Virus record (IMG/VR): IMGVR_UViG_3300032312_001958
Origin: a virus
Taxonomy: Duplodnaviria > Caudoviricetes
Direction: 5' to 3' (one strand)
Length of the DNA stretch: 64,000 bases
The translations under genes were made by a program, and so were the position numbers. The notes under the pieces are model-generated. The model ran no database searches and was not told the DNA's origin. It saw nothing but the letters and a program-made list of their open reading frames with translations. Every line of letters starts with the position of its first letter. Positions within the stretch are counted from its first letter, which is position 1. Positions 18,532 to 28,467 of the stretch are shown here, in pieces.

Positions 18532-18873
18532 ATGAAAAAAGTTGTAAGATTAACGGAATCGGATTTAACCAATATTGTTAAACGTGTGATTAATGAGGAC
18601 AACTCAAATTTTCTTCGTAAGAGGTTAAATTTTATAAATAGAATTCTTGACGAGGTAATCAGTGAATTAAACCCTAGTGAATACGAGTCGGAAGATTATA
18701 ATGATTATAAGGAGGAGGTTCAGTGGAGAACATGGGGAACAATGTCGTATGAAATGGATTATGAGTTACCAAAGGGGGAAAAGACGGAGGAATTCTTTTC
18801 AATAATGGAAACACCTGAGATTATTGAAAAAATTAAGAAAGGATATTCTCGGTATAAGAAGATGAGAAAATAA
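18532..18873 (+). CDS. protein with MKKVVRLTESDL leader
   Basis: Leader; TATTTATA upstream; terminator at about 18893-18925. Confidence 0.8.
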   Translation: MKKVVRLTESDLTNIVKRVINEDNSNFLRKRLNFINRILDEVISELNPSEYESEDYNDYKEEVQWRTWGTMSYEMDYELPKGEKTEEFFSIMETPEIIEKIKKGYSRYKKMRK

Positions 18874-18934
18874 AATTGTATATATTTTTCATTAACCCCT
18901 TTGATTTTTCAAGGGGTTTTTTTATTTTTGTATT

Positions 18935-19195
18935 ATGGAAGATAAGGAAAGAATACAGGAATTGGAAGGTACCATCTTTGACTTGAGGTCTGAGTTAAAT
19001 GAGTGTATTGATAAGGAAAGAATATATAGGGAAATATTATCTGAGATTAATGATTCTATTATTAATTTACTTCAAAGGGAACAGGAGAATGAGAGATTTA
19101 GGTTTGATGAGAAGATTGATTTTAGGAAGTATGTTATCAATGTGAAAAAGGACCTTGATGAATATAGAAGGTTGTATAGGAATATTAGTTTTTGA
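18935..19195 (+). CDS. small coiled-coil protein, duplicated as the C-terminus of the next gene
   Basis: ELEGTIFD..YRNISF. Confidence 0.75.
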   Translation: MEDKERIQELEGTIFDLRSELNECIDKERIYREILSEINDSIINLLQREQENERFRFDEKIDFRKYVINVKKDLDEYRRLYRNISF

Positions 19196-20215
19196 AAATT
19201 TATGTTTACAAAAATCCAAACCATCATATATTAATAATTGAATACACTCAATAATAGTTACAAGATTACTTAAATAAAAAATAACAATATGTCATACAAA
19301 GAAATTTTTAGTGGGATTTATGAAAATTATGGATTTGGAAGTTCTGAAAGTCGTTCAGGTCCTGGTAGTACTTTAGAAGAAACTAAATTAATTAGAGAAG
19401 AAATTAAAAAACTAATCGTTAAAAAAGGAATTAAGTCCGTTGTTGATATCCCATGTGGTGACTTTCATTGGATGAAAGAAATAGTTTTTAATTTTGACTC
19501 ATATATAGGGGGGGATATTGTAGAAAAAGCTATTGAAACAAATAATGAAAGATATAGCAATTCTAGAATAAAATTTATACACTTTGACCTTGTAAATGAT
19601 ACTATCCCTGAAGGAGATTTATTAATTGTCAGAGATGTTATAGGTCATTTTCCTATTGAGGATGGGAAAAAAATTATAGAAAATATACTTAAATCAAAAT
19701 GTAAATATCTTTTAAGTACTACATGGGCTAATAAAAGAGATAATGTTTGGAGTAAGTGTAGTCCTGGAGATGTTCATAGAGAAAATGAAGGAGTAGATTT
19801 TGGTAGATTTTATCCTGTTAACTTAATGGCAGCACCTTTTAATTTTCCTGAAGCTGATATTTTCTTAGAAGAAGATGTAAGAGTTGATAATTGGGAAAAT
19901 GGAAATAGGAAAGTATTAGCTTTATGGGATTTACAAAAAGTAAGAGATTATTTATTAACAGTAAAAGTTATTGAACCGGAACTTGAAGGTACGATTTTTG
20001 ACGAGGAGTCTGAGTTAAAGGAGTGTATTGATAGGGAAAGAATATATAGGAAGATATTATCTGAGATTGACAATTCTATTGATAATCTATTCCAGCGTGA
20101 ACAGGAAAATGAGAGGTTTAGGTTCGATGAGAAGATTGATTTTAGACAATATGTTATTAATGTGAAAAAGGATTTGGATGAGTATAGAAGAATATATAGG
20201 AATATTAATTTTTGA
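18958..20215 (+). repeat. ~238-bp diverged direct repeat (18958-19195 and 19978-20215)
   Basis: Ungapped alignment at 1020-bp offset flanking the methyltransferase domain. Confidence 0.9.
19289..20215 (+). CDS. class I SAM-dependent methyltransferase-like protein with coiled-coil tail
   Basis: SRSGPGS, VVDIPCGDFHWM, YIGGDIV, DLLIVRDVIGH. Confidence 0.75.
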   Translation: MSYKEIFSGIYENYGFGSSESRSGPGSTLEETKLIREEIKKLIVKKGIKSVVDIPCGDFHWMKEIVFNFDSYIGGDIVEKAIETNNERYSNSRIKFIHFDLVNDTIPEGDLLIVRDVIGHFPIEDGKKIIENILKSKCKYLLSTTWANKRDNVWSKCSPGDVHRENEGVDFGRFYPVNLMAAPFNFPEADIFLEEDVRVDNWENGNRKVLALWDLQKVRDYLLTVKVIEPELEGTIFDEESELKECIDRERIYRKILSEIDNSIDNLFQREQENERFRFDEKIDFRQYVINVKKDLDEYRRIYRNINF

Positions 20216-20314
20216 GAACATGACCCCCATCTGTAAATGAAGAAAAAATAATTTTTTTTCCGTTGTTGTCAATCCCCCTACCCCCTTTTTTATTTTTAAC
20301 GTATTTATTGTAAT

Positions 20315-20623
20315 ATGAAATACATTATTACACCTGAACAGTTGGACAAAGTTATAACACCTTATTTTGATAGGGTGTTTAAAGATGCCGAGTGGAGTGA
20401 AAAATATATTGGTGGATATGGTGAAACGTGGCACGGTTTATTTAATCGGGATGGTGAGATGTTGGTCGGTCATCCAGAATCTGATAGTTCCACTTATTAT
20501 ACTGACGGAACATATTTTAGTAATATGTGGGAGTTCTTTAGTGTTGACGCAAAAGAATTTACTGATGCGATAGGTCGTTACATTAAAAAAACATATGGGT
20601 ATGAGTTTAGTAATATTTGGTAA
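20315..20623 (+). CDS. MKYIITPEQ-leader protein
   Basis: Leader; EFFSVD..IGRYIKKTYG motif. Confidence 0.8.
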   Translation: MKYIITPEQLDKVITPYFDRVFKDAEWSEKYIGGYGETWHGLFNRDGEMLVGHPESDSSTYYTDGTYFSNMWEFFSVDAKEFTDAIGRYIKKTYGYEFSNIW

Positions 20624-20740
20624 TATGACCGTCCTACTTCTATATGGAATACCGTATTTGTGTAAATAAAAAATAATTTTTTTTTCCGTTGTTCCAATCC
20701 CCCCTACCCCCTTTTTTATTTTGATTATATTTATTCTTAT

Positions 20741-21280
20741 ATGAAATATATTATTACTGAAGCACAATATTCCGCATTGAGGAAACTAATTAAAAAACAC
20801 GAAGACACTATCAGTTTTTTAAAGACGGACATTTCAAGTGCAATTGAAACCGACGTAACTAATTTTTTAAACTCCAAGTTTCAAGGTAGATTTGGAACCC
20901 ATGGTTGGATGCAATATCCTGGATTTTTTATTTATCCTGATAAATTAACTTCTGAACTTGCAAAATATAATAGGAATGAGCCGGCTTTGATTATTTCATA
21001 TCATATAAAAAAATCTACGGGCAAAGTTGAGATTAATATTTTTTGGAATCCTAAAGTAAATTTTAATTATAAGACAGAAAATGGTATATGGAAACGAAAC
21101 ACATATCCCACAAACCGTATTAAGTGGGACTATATGAATGACCCTGATGGGGAAGAAGAATTCTATTCTAAATTGGAAAAGACCATTAATGGAAGAATTA
21201 GTGAAAAAGCTCAAAACAAAATTATTGATGATTTTGAAAAACTTTATAAGGAGGAGTATCAAACTAATATATTAAATTAA
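20741..21280 (+). CDS. MKYIITEAQ-leader protein
   Basis: Leader. Confidence 0.8.
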   Translation: MKYIITEAQYSALRKLIKKHEDTISFLKTDISSAIETDVTNFLNSKFQGRFGTHGWMQYPGFFIYPDKLTSELAKYNRNEPALIISYHIKKSTGKVEINIFWNPKVNFNYKTENGIWKRNTYPTNRIKWDYMNDPDGEEEFYSKLEKTINGRISEKAQNKIIDDFEKLYKEEYQTNILN

Positions 21281-21346
21281 TTTCTAAAATTTTTTTTTTG
21301 TTTTTCAATCCCCCCTACCCCCTTTTTTTGTATCTTTGTATCTCAT

Positions 21347-21628
21347 ATGCAAAAACCCATTGAAAAAATCGTTAGTCATATTGTGGAAAAGAAATATCCA
21401 TTGTTTAAGGATATTCATGTGAGGTCAGAGAAGAATGTGTTTCGTTATCACAAATATGGGGAAAGTGGTATAGATTATTATATTACCTTGATTATTGATT
21501 TTAAAATATTCCTTATGGAATATTGGGAAAGGTGGAATGAAATTAAAAATTTAGTTATTGATACAATTAAATTTCTTGGTATTGAGAACACCATTAAGGT
21601 TCAAATTAAGTATTCCGATAAATTATAA
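21347..21628 (+). CDS. hypothetical protein
   Basis: TATCTTTG upstream. Confidence 0.7.
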   Translation: MQKPIEKIVSHIVEKKYPLFKDIHVRSEKNVFRYHKYGESGIDYYITLIIDFKIFLMEYWERWNEIKNLVIDTIKFLGIENTIKVQIKYSDKL

Positions 21629-21684
21629 TAAAAACTAAACCCCATTCATTTGTTTGATGGGGTTTTTTGTTTTATATTTGCTCT

Positions 21685-22182
21685 ATGAATTTAGATAACT
21701 ACACTTTTGACGAACTTATTAAATTAAAGAATGAAGTTAACTTCCGAATCAATTCTTTTGAGGATGGGTATTTTTATATCTGTGATGTTCGTTCTTATGG
21801 TAGGAATTGGAAAGAGAATCATATAAATCCCCATACGGTTCAGGAACTATGTTATCATTATTTTGGTGATGAAGGTATTGTTGATGTTTATACAAACAAT
21901 CCTGATTTGAATATTGATAACTATGGTAATGTTATGTATGTTCTCACAAAAGAAGATTTGGAGAAATGGAAAAATTATACATTTTTGAAAAATCATATTC
22001 CTGGATGGGAAAAAGAGATTGAGGAGTGGGAAAACCGAGATAATGTTCCATTTAATCGTCGTCCATTATTTGCCCCCATCTATTCTGCTGAAGCTATTGA
22101 GGAGAGTAAAAAGGAAATGTCCGAACTTGAGGGTACATTTGTGGTACCTGTAAGTATTGAGAGACATTTTGAGGAAGAGTGA
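21685..22182 (+). CDS. hypothetical protein
   Basis: TATATTTG at 21673-21680; start reassigned to MNLDNY. Confidence 0.75.
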   Translation: MNLDNYTFDELIKLKNEVNFRINSFEDGYFYICDVRSYGRNWKENHINPHTVQELCYHYFGDEGIVDVYTNNPDLNIDNYGNVMYVLTKEDLEKWKNYTFLKNHIPGWEKEIEEWENRDNVPFNRRPLFAPIYSAEAIEESKKEMSELEGTFVVPVSIERHFEEE

Positions 22183-22222
22183 TTTTTTTTGTCATATAAT
22201 GTATTTATAATAAAACATTATT

Positions 22223-22654
22223 ATGAAACATCTTTTAAATAACATTTCTGAAGAAGAAAAAAACAGAATCCGCGAACAACACACAGGAGGTAAAAAAATC
22301 GTAATTGAAAACTTTAATAAATTGTTGAATAGCAAGTTGGGTGATGCTAAACCATTGATTAGTGAGCAAAAAACTGAAGACCCAACTAAAGACATGTATA
22401 GTGTTTTAATTGGTTATTTAGTTAAACTTTCAGAAGATGGAGGTAAAAAAGGAATCCAAGGATTGGATGACATGGCGGCAATCAAAGAAACGAGAATGTA
22501 TTTTGAAGCGTTGAGGGATGGAAAAACCCCAAAACCTTTGAGTAAGCCTGCTGAAATTGTTAAAAATTATGCAATGGCCGAAACAAGAAAAATACAAGGA
22601 CAAGAATTAGTTGCTTTAAAACAGTATGGTGAGAACGTTAAAACTAAACTTTAA
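22223..22654 (+). CDS. protein with ISEEEKNRIREQH leader
   Basis: Leader; LNSKLGDAKPLISEQ. Confidence 0.8.
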   Translation: MKHLLNNISEEEKNRIREQHTGGKKIVIENFNKLLNSKLGDAKPLISEQKTEDPTKDMYSVLIGYLVKLSEDGGKKGIQGLDDMAAIKETRMYFEALRDGKTPKPLSKPAEIVKNYAMAETRKIQGQELVALKQYGENVKTKL

Positions 22655-22971
22655 TGAAACTCAAAATATCCCAATCTAAGTTAACTACTCTTGCTCAAAC
22701 TGCGGTAGATAATACTCTGATGACCATTAAAAATGAATCAGAAGATTGGGGTATGGGTGAGATGTCTGAACTTGTTCAAGTTGATGGGGTAGAAAAAATT
22801 GAGGTAGTTAAAGTTGAAAAAAAAGGTAACCCATTTAAAATTGACGTGATATTCTATGTCAATGATGATGGAATATACTACAGTGAATTAATTGAGGAGA
22901 TATCTGCAAGGGTGGACCAAGATTGGATTCCTAATTCATACATACATGTTATTGAATTTATTAAAATTTAA
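22654..22971 (+). CDS. hypothetical protein
   Basis: Coupled ORF, leader-like MKLKISQSK. Confidence 0.7.
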   Translation: MKLKISQSKLTTLAQTAVDNTLMTIKNESEDWGMGEMSELVQVDGVEKIEVVKVEKKGNPFKIDVIFYVNDDGIYYSELIEEISARVDQDWIPNSYIHVIEFIKI

Positions 22972-23327
22972 TAAGTAAAATCAACTTCTAAGTATACGTG
23001 ACTTAGAAAGTTATCAATATCTTTCACAATACTTTCAGTGAAATTGTCTAATAAGTATTCAGGGATATCATCTAAAGAATACCCTGTCTCAAATTGACCT
23101 CCAACACCCTGAAGAACTTCCAATGGTTTAACATAGACAACACCTTCGTATTTGAATTTACCTTCTTTTTCTTTATGTAAAGAAATCTTAGTTACTTTAT
23201 ATGGGATTCTAACATCAATTGGTAATTCGTTTTCAGAATATGGGGTATAGTAGTAATCTTCAAATACTCCGTTAGATTTTACAAACTTTTTAATTAATTC
23301 AATAGTGATTAATATATCTTTATCCAT
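22968..23327 (-). CDS. hypothetical protein
   Basis: 119-aa ORF. Confidence 0.7.
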   Translation of the reverse strand: MDKDILITIELIKKFVKSNGVFEDYYYTPYSENELPIDVRIPYKVTKISLHKEKEGKFKYEGVVYVKPLEVLQGVGGQFETGYSLDDIPEYLLDNFTESIVKDIDNFLSHVYLEVDFTY

Positions 23328-23340
23328 ATATTTATAAATA
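23328..23340. promoter_or_regulatory. palindromic TATTTATAAATA between divergent genes (bidirectional TATTTAT motif)
   Basis: Fills the 12-bp gap between two start codons; same arrangement at 38007-38018. Confidence 0.6.
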
Positions 23341-23849
23341 TGTCAGATAACTTTTCACAGAAGATAATTTCTCAATTAGATAATGGAATGTCTCCATTAG
23401 AGATTGCGGAGTATTTTGGTGGTTTGGAACCATTTATTCAAAAGGTTTCGAGGTATCCTTATTTAAAAGCATTGGTTGATTCAAAGTTAGGAGGTGAACT
23501 TGAGTTTGAAACTGAAGTAAATGATTATTTTAAAAGATACAAAGTACCAGTACAAATAACTGAAATTGAAAAGGCCGATGACTTTGAAGAAATGTATGAC
23601 ATTTATGTTGATGTGGTAATACCAGAAGTTACAGATAAATCCGATATTGCAATTTTATTTAATTATTTACACAATATAGAACCTGATTATGCTGATGATT
23701 GGGCATACTTTAATGATATGAAATTTAATTCTGATACAATGACACATGTCGTGTCAATCAATGGTATTAATTGGAAAGATATGAACCTATTGATTAACAC
23801 GACAGAAGAAGACGTTGAAAGAATAATCCCTAACAAATACGAAATATAA
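23340..23849 (+). CDS. hypothetical protein
   Basis: 169-aa ORF. Confidence 0.75.
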   Translation: MSDNFSQKIISQLDNGMSPLEIAEYFGGLEPFIQKVSRYPYLKALVDSKLGGELEFETEVNDYFKRYKVPVQITEIEKADDFEEMYDIYVDVVIPEVTDKSDIAILFNYLHNIEPDYADDWAYFNDMKFNSDTMTHVVSINGINWKDMNLLINTTEEDVERIIPNKYEI

Positions 23850-23850
23850 T

Positions 23851-24327
23851 ATGGAAAGAAGTAGTTTAGAAAGATTTAATGATAAAATATTAATTAAAAT
23901 CATTGACATCATATTGAAAGATTTTGATGGTGATGAATGGAAAAATGTGTTTGATGATGCATTGTATTATGAAAAATATGAGTCAAATATCGGAGCTCTT
24001 GGGATTGATGTTGAAACAATTGATGTGGATTATATGTATTCATTGATTACATTAAACATTAGAGACGATTTTAAAATTCCATTAAATAGACCGAATCTTG
24101 CAAAATATGCTCAAGATGTTGATGTAAGTGAAAGGGTTATCCAAACAAACAGGTTTAGAAATTTTGTATATTCATATGATGAAAATATTGTCACTGAAAA
24201 GTTTAGATTTGAGGAAAGTGAAGGAATACTTTCAATATACGACGGTGAAATAATTAATACTGAGGTTCATGATAGTGAGTCCCATGATTGGGAATATTTT
24301 TCACCTGATAAGATAAAAGATATTTAA
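23851..24327 (+). CDS. acidic hypothetical protein
   Basis: 158-aa ORF. Confidence 0.75.
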   Translation: MERSSLERFNDKILIKIIDIILKDFDGDEWKNVFDDALYYEKYESNIGALGIDVETIDVDYMYSLITLNIRDDFKIPLNRPNLAKYAQDVDVSERVIQTNRFRNFVYSYDENIVTEKFRFEESEGILSIYDGEIINTEVHDSESHDWEYFSPDKIKDI

Positions 24328-24336
24328 AATATTCAC

Positions 24337-24450
24337 ATGGCAAAGGCAAAAAAACAAGGTAAACCAAAACGTAATAGACGTAACTTTTTTAAAAATCTTA
24401 AAAGGATTTTAAATAACGTAAAAGTATTGAGAGAAATTAAGGAATCTTAA
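24337..24450 (+). CDS. 37-aa basic peptide MAKAKKQGKPKRNRRNFFKNLKR..
   Basis: Fills the gap; stop overlaps next ATG; below ORF-track cutoff. Confidence 0.6.
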   Translation: MAKAKKQGKPKRNRRNFFKNLKRILNNVKVLREIKES

Positions 24451-24752
24451 TGAAACATATTTTAACTGACAAACAAGTAAAACAAATTATAGAAAAAGGT
24501 GAAACTCTATTGAAATCTTTATTTAACGATGACGATAGGATATGCGGATTCAAAATATTTTTAAACGATGAACGTATAGATGATGATGATTCAGTTTTTG
24601 ATGTATATGTTTTGTTAAATAAAAAGTGGGTGATTGAAGACAATTGGTCAACCTTTAGGTCAGGACATATTCGAGACAAGGTTAAACAAACCGCATCTCA
24701 AATCATTAGTAAAAACATTGAAGTTTATAGTTACGCTAAAGATTGTAAATAA
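24450..24752 (+). CDS. hypothetical protein
   Basis: Leader-like MKHILTDKQ. Confidence 0.7.
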   Translation: MKHILTDKQVKQIIEKGETLLKSLFNDDDRICGFKIFLNDERIDDDDSVFDVYVLLNKKWVIEDNWSTFRSGHIRDKVKQTASQIISKNIEVYSYAKDCK

Positions 24753-25364
24753 TTATTTTGATAAATGAGACATTAACACTCCCCCTAATGCGGTTGCGTG
24801 TACTTGTAAATGGTTAATTGACTCCATATCAAGTTTAGTTTTACGTTTAGTAAAATCTAAACCTAATGTACCAATAAATTTTTCATCTATTGATTTAATT
24901 GCGAACAGGTAACCTGATTTACAACCACTCTCTTCAGCAATATATTTTAAACCAAATGTTGAAACTGCATCGTCTTTAAAATCAGGAATCTCAATAACAT
25001 CATTTTCCAATAGTTGATTAATTGATTTACTAAACAAATTAACAGGAATGTTGTGGAAATTTGATTGTATTGAGTTAACACCCGCCCCAACTGTTTCATA
25101 CATCACACTAAATTTTGCCATTGACTTACCTGTTGGATAAAAATTACCTCCGTTATGAAACTGAGTAATCCAAACCCTGTCGGCTTTAAATTCATCTTTA
25201 ATGTGTTCAATTCTTGAGGTTATTAATTCTGAAACTTTTAAAGTCTCATGTACTAAATCTGGTTTTTTCTTACGTTTATTTAAAAAGTTTTTGACAAACA
25301 TAATTGATATTGGTCCTAAGACACCTGTGATAAACGCAACTACAATTTCTGATGATAATTCCAT
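24753..25364 (-). CDS. N-terminal TM plus GAF-like domain protein, holin candidate
   Basis: One TM helix; ADRVWITQFHNGG, FIGTLGLDF; architecture like T4 holin T. Confidence 0.5.
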   Translation of the reverse strand: MELSSEIVVAFITGVLGPISIMFVKNFLNKRKKKPDLVHETLKVSELITSRIEHIKDEFKADRVWITQFHNGGNFYPTGKSMAKFSVMYETVGAGVNSIQSNFHNIPVNLFSKSINQLLENDVIEIPDFKDDAVSTFGLKYIAEESGCKSGYLFAIKSIDEKFIGTLGLDFTKRKTKLDMESINHLQVHATALGGVLMSHLSK

Positions 25365-25448
25365 TACAATATAAATTGAAATTTATTTACTAAATAAATA
25401 TAATCAATTAAATAAAAAAAGTCCAAAATTGATGATATTTATTAAAAT

Positions 25449-25874
25449 ATGAAAATTTCTTTACACGAAAACATTGGGAGAATTAAGTCATTATTATATG
25501 TTAATGAACAAGCCGGCTCCGCACCTTGTAAACAACCCAACCAGATAAAAACAACTTCAGGTGAGACCGAACTCATGGGATATATTTTAGATGTTCTTGA
25601 TGATAACAATATAAATTTAAAAAATTGTAAAGATAAAAAATGTATTGATGATAAAATGTTGGCTGAAAAAATTATAAGTGAGTTACTTAACTCTTTAGTT
25701 GATAAAAGAGATTTGGGTACTGAGTTAAGTTCTGAGAACAAAAGAAATTTTGACTACTACACTAAAATAATGAGAGGGATATTCCCGACGTATAATAAAG
25801 CTCACTATAATAGAGGCACATGCGCCATGAAATCAAAAGTTAGTAAAACAACTACAACAACATATTATAAATGA
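25449..25874 (+). CDS. hypothetical protein with LHENIGRIKSLL leader
   Basis: Leader; TATTTAT upstream. Confidence 0.7.
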   Translation: MKISLHENIGRIKSLLYVNEQAGSAPCKQPNQIKTTSGETELMGYILDVLDDNNINLKNCKDKKCIDDKMLAEKIISELLNSLVDKRDLGTELSSENKRNFDYYTKIMRGIFPTYNKAHYNRGTCAMKSKVSKTTTTTYYK

Positions 25875-26983
25875 TTATGAGAACAAATTTATTTGAAATT
25901 AGTCAAGACGAAAAAAACAGAATTTTAAACCTTCATGAAGGTCACACAAAAAATCATTATTTAAATTTAATTAATGAAGAATCAACGTACAATCCTAAGT
26001 CAGAAGCAATTCAAAAAAAATTAAGTGAATTAGGTTACGGTAAAATTATTGGAAGTGCTGATGGTAAATACGGACAAAAAACAGCTTGTGCGGTTGCTAA
26101 ATTCCAAGAGGATAACAAATTAACCGTTGATGGTAAAGTTGGTAACGTAACTGCTACAAAACTTGGGGTTGATGCTTATTTTCCTAAAGGTGTTAGTATT
26201 ATTTCTTGTGGTACCAAAAATACTGACAATAAACAAAAAGTGACTGATGACTCAGGTAAACAAAATTGTAAGTCAGTTTTACCTGAAACATGTTCAAAAA
26301 TTAGTCCAAATAAGGAAACTACTATTGGTAATGGTGGAAGTGAGGGTTGTTCACAATATGTTGGACTGTCTATAGGTGAAAAATTAGGTGACGCTTGGAA
26401 AGCCTTTAACGCGGCTAAAAAATACGGAGTTAAATATAATATGTTTACAGACGGTTCAATTGATTGGAATAATGTAAGGAACAAAATGAAATCCAATAAA
26501 ATAAATTCATCAACTTGTGGTTGTTTTACTGAGGAAGGTGAAAGTAAAGATAAATCTTGTAGTTCAGGTTCTGAGATTGCCAAAACTATTAGTTCATTTT
26601 ATCCATCATCGTCTAATTTCAGTAATGGTTCGTTGAAAGTAGGTGATATAGTTGGTATGTATTACAGAGATTCAGGAAACAAAGGTAAAGCGTTTTGTGA
26701 AAGAGTTTTACAAAGAGGATTAGATGGTAGTGGTAATGTTAAAGATACTGACCCATTTACATTTAATACTCACGTTGGATATGTTGGAGCTATTAAAAAT
26801 GGTGTGCCAATAATTTATCATAGTGTGCACGGAACAAGATTAGCAACACCAGCAAACCAATTAAAAAGTAAAAACGGTAGTGCGATGATTGTTTGGGTAA
26901 CAGGTGGACCTCAAAGTGGGTCAGAAAATAAATCAAATCCTTTTGATTTATTTAATGATTTTAAAAATTTTTTAAAAAAATAA
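25871..26983 (+). CDS. peptidoglycan-binding domain plus NlpC/P60- or CHAP-like hydrolase
   Basis: ADGKYGQKT..FQEDNKLTVDGKVGNVT; GCSQYV, LKVGDIVG, THVGYV. Confidence 0.65.
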   Translation: MIMRTNLFEISQDEKNRILNLHEGHTKNHYLNLINEESTYNPKSEAIQKKLSELGYGKIIGSADGKYGQKTACAVAKFQEDNKLTVDGKVGNVTATKLGVDAYFPKGVSIISCGTKNTDNKQKVTDDSGKQNCKSVLPETCSKISPNKETTIGNGGSEGCSQYVGLSIGEKLGDAWKAFNAAKKYGVKYNMFTDGSIDWNNVRNKMKSNKINSSTCGCFTEEGESKDKSCSSGSEIAKTISSFYPSSSNFSNGSLKVGDIVGMYYRDSGNKGKAFCERVLQRGLDGSGNVKDTDPFTFNTHVGYVGAIKNGVPIIYHSVHGTRLATPANQLKSKNGSAMIVWVTGGPQSGSENKSNPFDLFNDFKNFLKK

Positions 26984-27007
26984 AGTATTTATATGTAAAT
27001 TAAAATT

Positions 27008-27442
27008 ATGAAAAAAATAGTTAGATTAACAGAATCAGATATTGTTAGATTAGTTAAAAAAGTAATCAACGAAAATAAAAAAATGTTGAATGAAGCTGAA
27101 GTTCCTATTGATTCAGGAGGTGCATACAAAGGACATTCAGTTGATGCCTTAGAAGTTGTTCAAGGAGGAAAACCATTCCTTGATGTGTTAATGTCTGATG
27201 GTTCAAGAAAAAGATATAAAGTTACTACTAAACTTGGTGATGTTAATTTCGATAAAGTATGGATGAGTGGGGATAAATTAGGTGTTAGATTTTATAGTGG
27301 TAGTGGTGGTAAAACAACTGATATAACTATTCCAAGTAATAAAACATATGATTTATTTGAGAAATTAAAAAATAAACCAGGAAATCATACAATTGTTAAT
27401 GATAGTTTAACAGAACCAAATATTCAATTTATTGCAGTATAA
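27008..27442 (+). CDS. protein with MKKIVRLTESDI leader
   Basis: Leader. Confidence 0.8.
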   Translation: MKKIVRLTESDIVRLVKKVINENKKMLNEAEVPIDSGGAYKGHSVDALEVVQGGKPFLDVLMSDGSRKRYKVTTKLGDVNFDKVWMSGDKLGVRFYSGSGGKTTDITIPSNKTYDLFEKLKNKPGNHTIVNDSLTEPNIQFIAV

Positions 27443-27462
27443 TATAATTTTAAATTTAAATA

Positions 27463-27490
27463 AAAACCCCTCCAAAAGAGGGGTTTTTTA
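27463..27490. terminator. bidirectional terminator
   Basis: AAAACCCCTC-caaaa-GAGGGGTTTT between convergent genes. Confidence 0.8.
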
Positions 27491-27508
27491 ATATAATAGG
27501 ATTTTGTA

Positions 27509-27934
27509 TTAGTTAACCGATACAACTTCCAAATCAAAAATAAGTTTTTTACCTGCAAGTGGATGATTCATATCCAATACAACAGTATCTTCCTTAATTT
27601 CCGATACAGTAACGTTTACAGGTCCATATTGGTTCATACCCTGTAATTGGTCTCCAACTTTAACTTCGGCAGGAACTTTAGACTTTTCAACTTCTTGAAT
27701 TAACATTGGATTTGGTTCTCCATAAGCATTTTCAGGTTCGATTTCAATAGTTCTTGTTTCTCCAACTGACATACCCATTAGTCCGTTTTCAAAACCTGGA
27801 ATTAATTGACCTTGACCCAAAGTTGTAACTAATGGAGTACGACCTTCAATAAGAGAGCTATCAAAAATAGTCCCGTCTTCTAATTTTCCTGTGTAATTTA
27901 CGGTAACACTATCACCATTTTCAATTTTTTTCAT
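27509..27934 (-). CDS. FKBP-type peptidyl-prolyl isomerase (SlyD/SlpA type)
   Basis: VNYTGKLEDGTIFDSS, LIPGFENGL, AYGE, DMNHPLAGKKLIF. Confidence 0.95.
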   Translation of the reverse strand: MKKIENGDSVTVNYTGKLEDGTIFDSSLIEGRTPLVTTLGQGQLIPGFENGLMGMSVGETRTIEIEPENAYGEPNPMLIQEVEKSKVPAEVKVGDQLQGMNQYGPVNVTVSEIKEDTVVLDMNHPLAGKKLIFDLEVVSVN

Positions 27935-28008
27935 AGTTTAATAATAAAATATTATTTTTTATTTGTCAAATACAAATTAAGATATATTTATATAGAAATA
28001 GAAAAATT

Positions 28009-28365
28009 ATGAAAAAAATACGTTTAACCGAATCAGAATTAACTGAGTTAATTAAGAACATTGTTAATGAAACTCAAGAAAAAGAGATGAAAGAAGAAAT
28101 GGAAAATTACTTCAACCCTGAAGCGATGGAAACAGGTGAGGCGATTGTTACCATTATTGGAACTGTAATTGGAATGTTAGGAATTGCAGGTTCTCACTAC
28201 ATTAAAGCGGCAATTAAAAAATTGAGAAAATCAGGTAATGATGCTGAAGCAGATAAGGTGGAAGGGGCATTACAAGCTGAAATGAGTAAAATGAAAAGTC
28301 GTGAGATGAGTTCTGATAAAGATGGACCAGTAATGGAAAGTCGTATTGTTAGAAGAAGAAAATAA
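28009..28365 (+). CDS. LTESEL-leader protein with hydrophobic helix
   Basis: Leader; IVTIIGTVIGMLGIAG. Confidence 0.8.
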   Translation: MKKIRLTESELTELIKNIVNETQEKEMKEEMENYFNPEAMETGEAIVTIIGTVIGMLGIAGSHYIKAAIKKLRKSGNDAEADKVEGALQAEMSKMKSREMSSDKDGPVMESRIVRRRK

Positions 28366-28467
28366 AATATATAAAATTGTTAAAAACCCTCAATAGTGAG
28401 GGTTTTTTTTTTGTACATTTAAAAAAAATGTGTATATTTGTTTAATAATTAAAACAATAACCCGACC

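Larger units (their letters stand above)
20243..21330 (+). repeat. three copies of intergenic element CAATCCCCCTACCCCCTTTTTT (about 20270, 20695, 21306)
   Basis: First two copies also share AAAAAATAATTTTTTTTCCGTTGTT; each lies just upstream of a gene. Confidence 0.85.
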
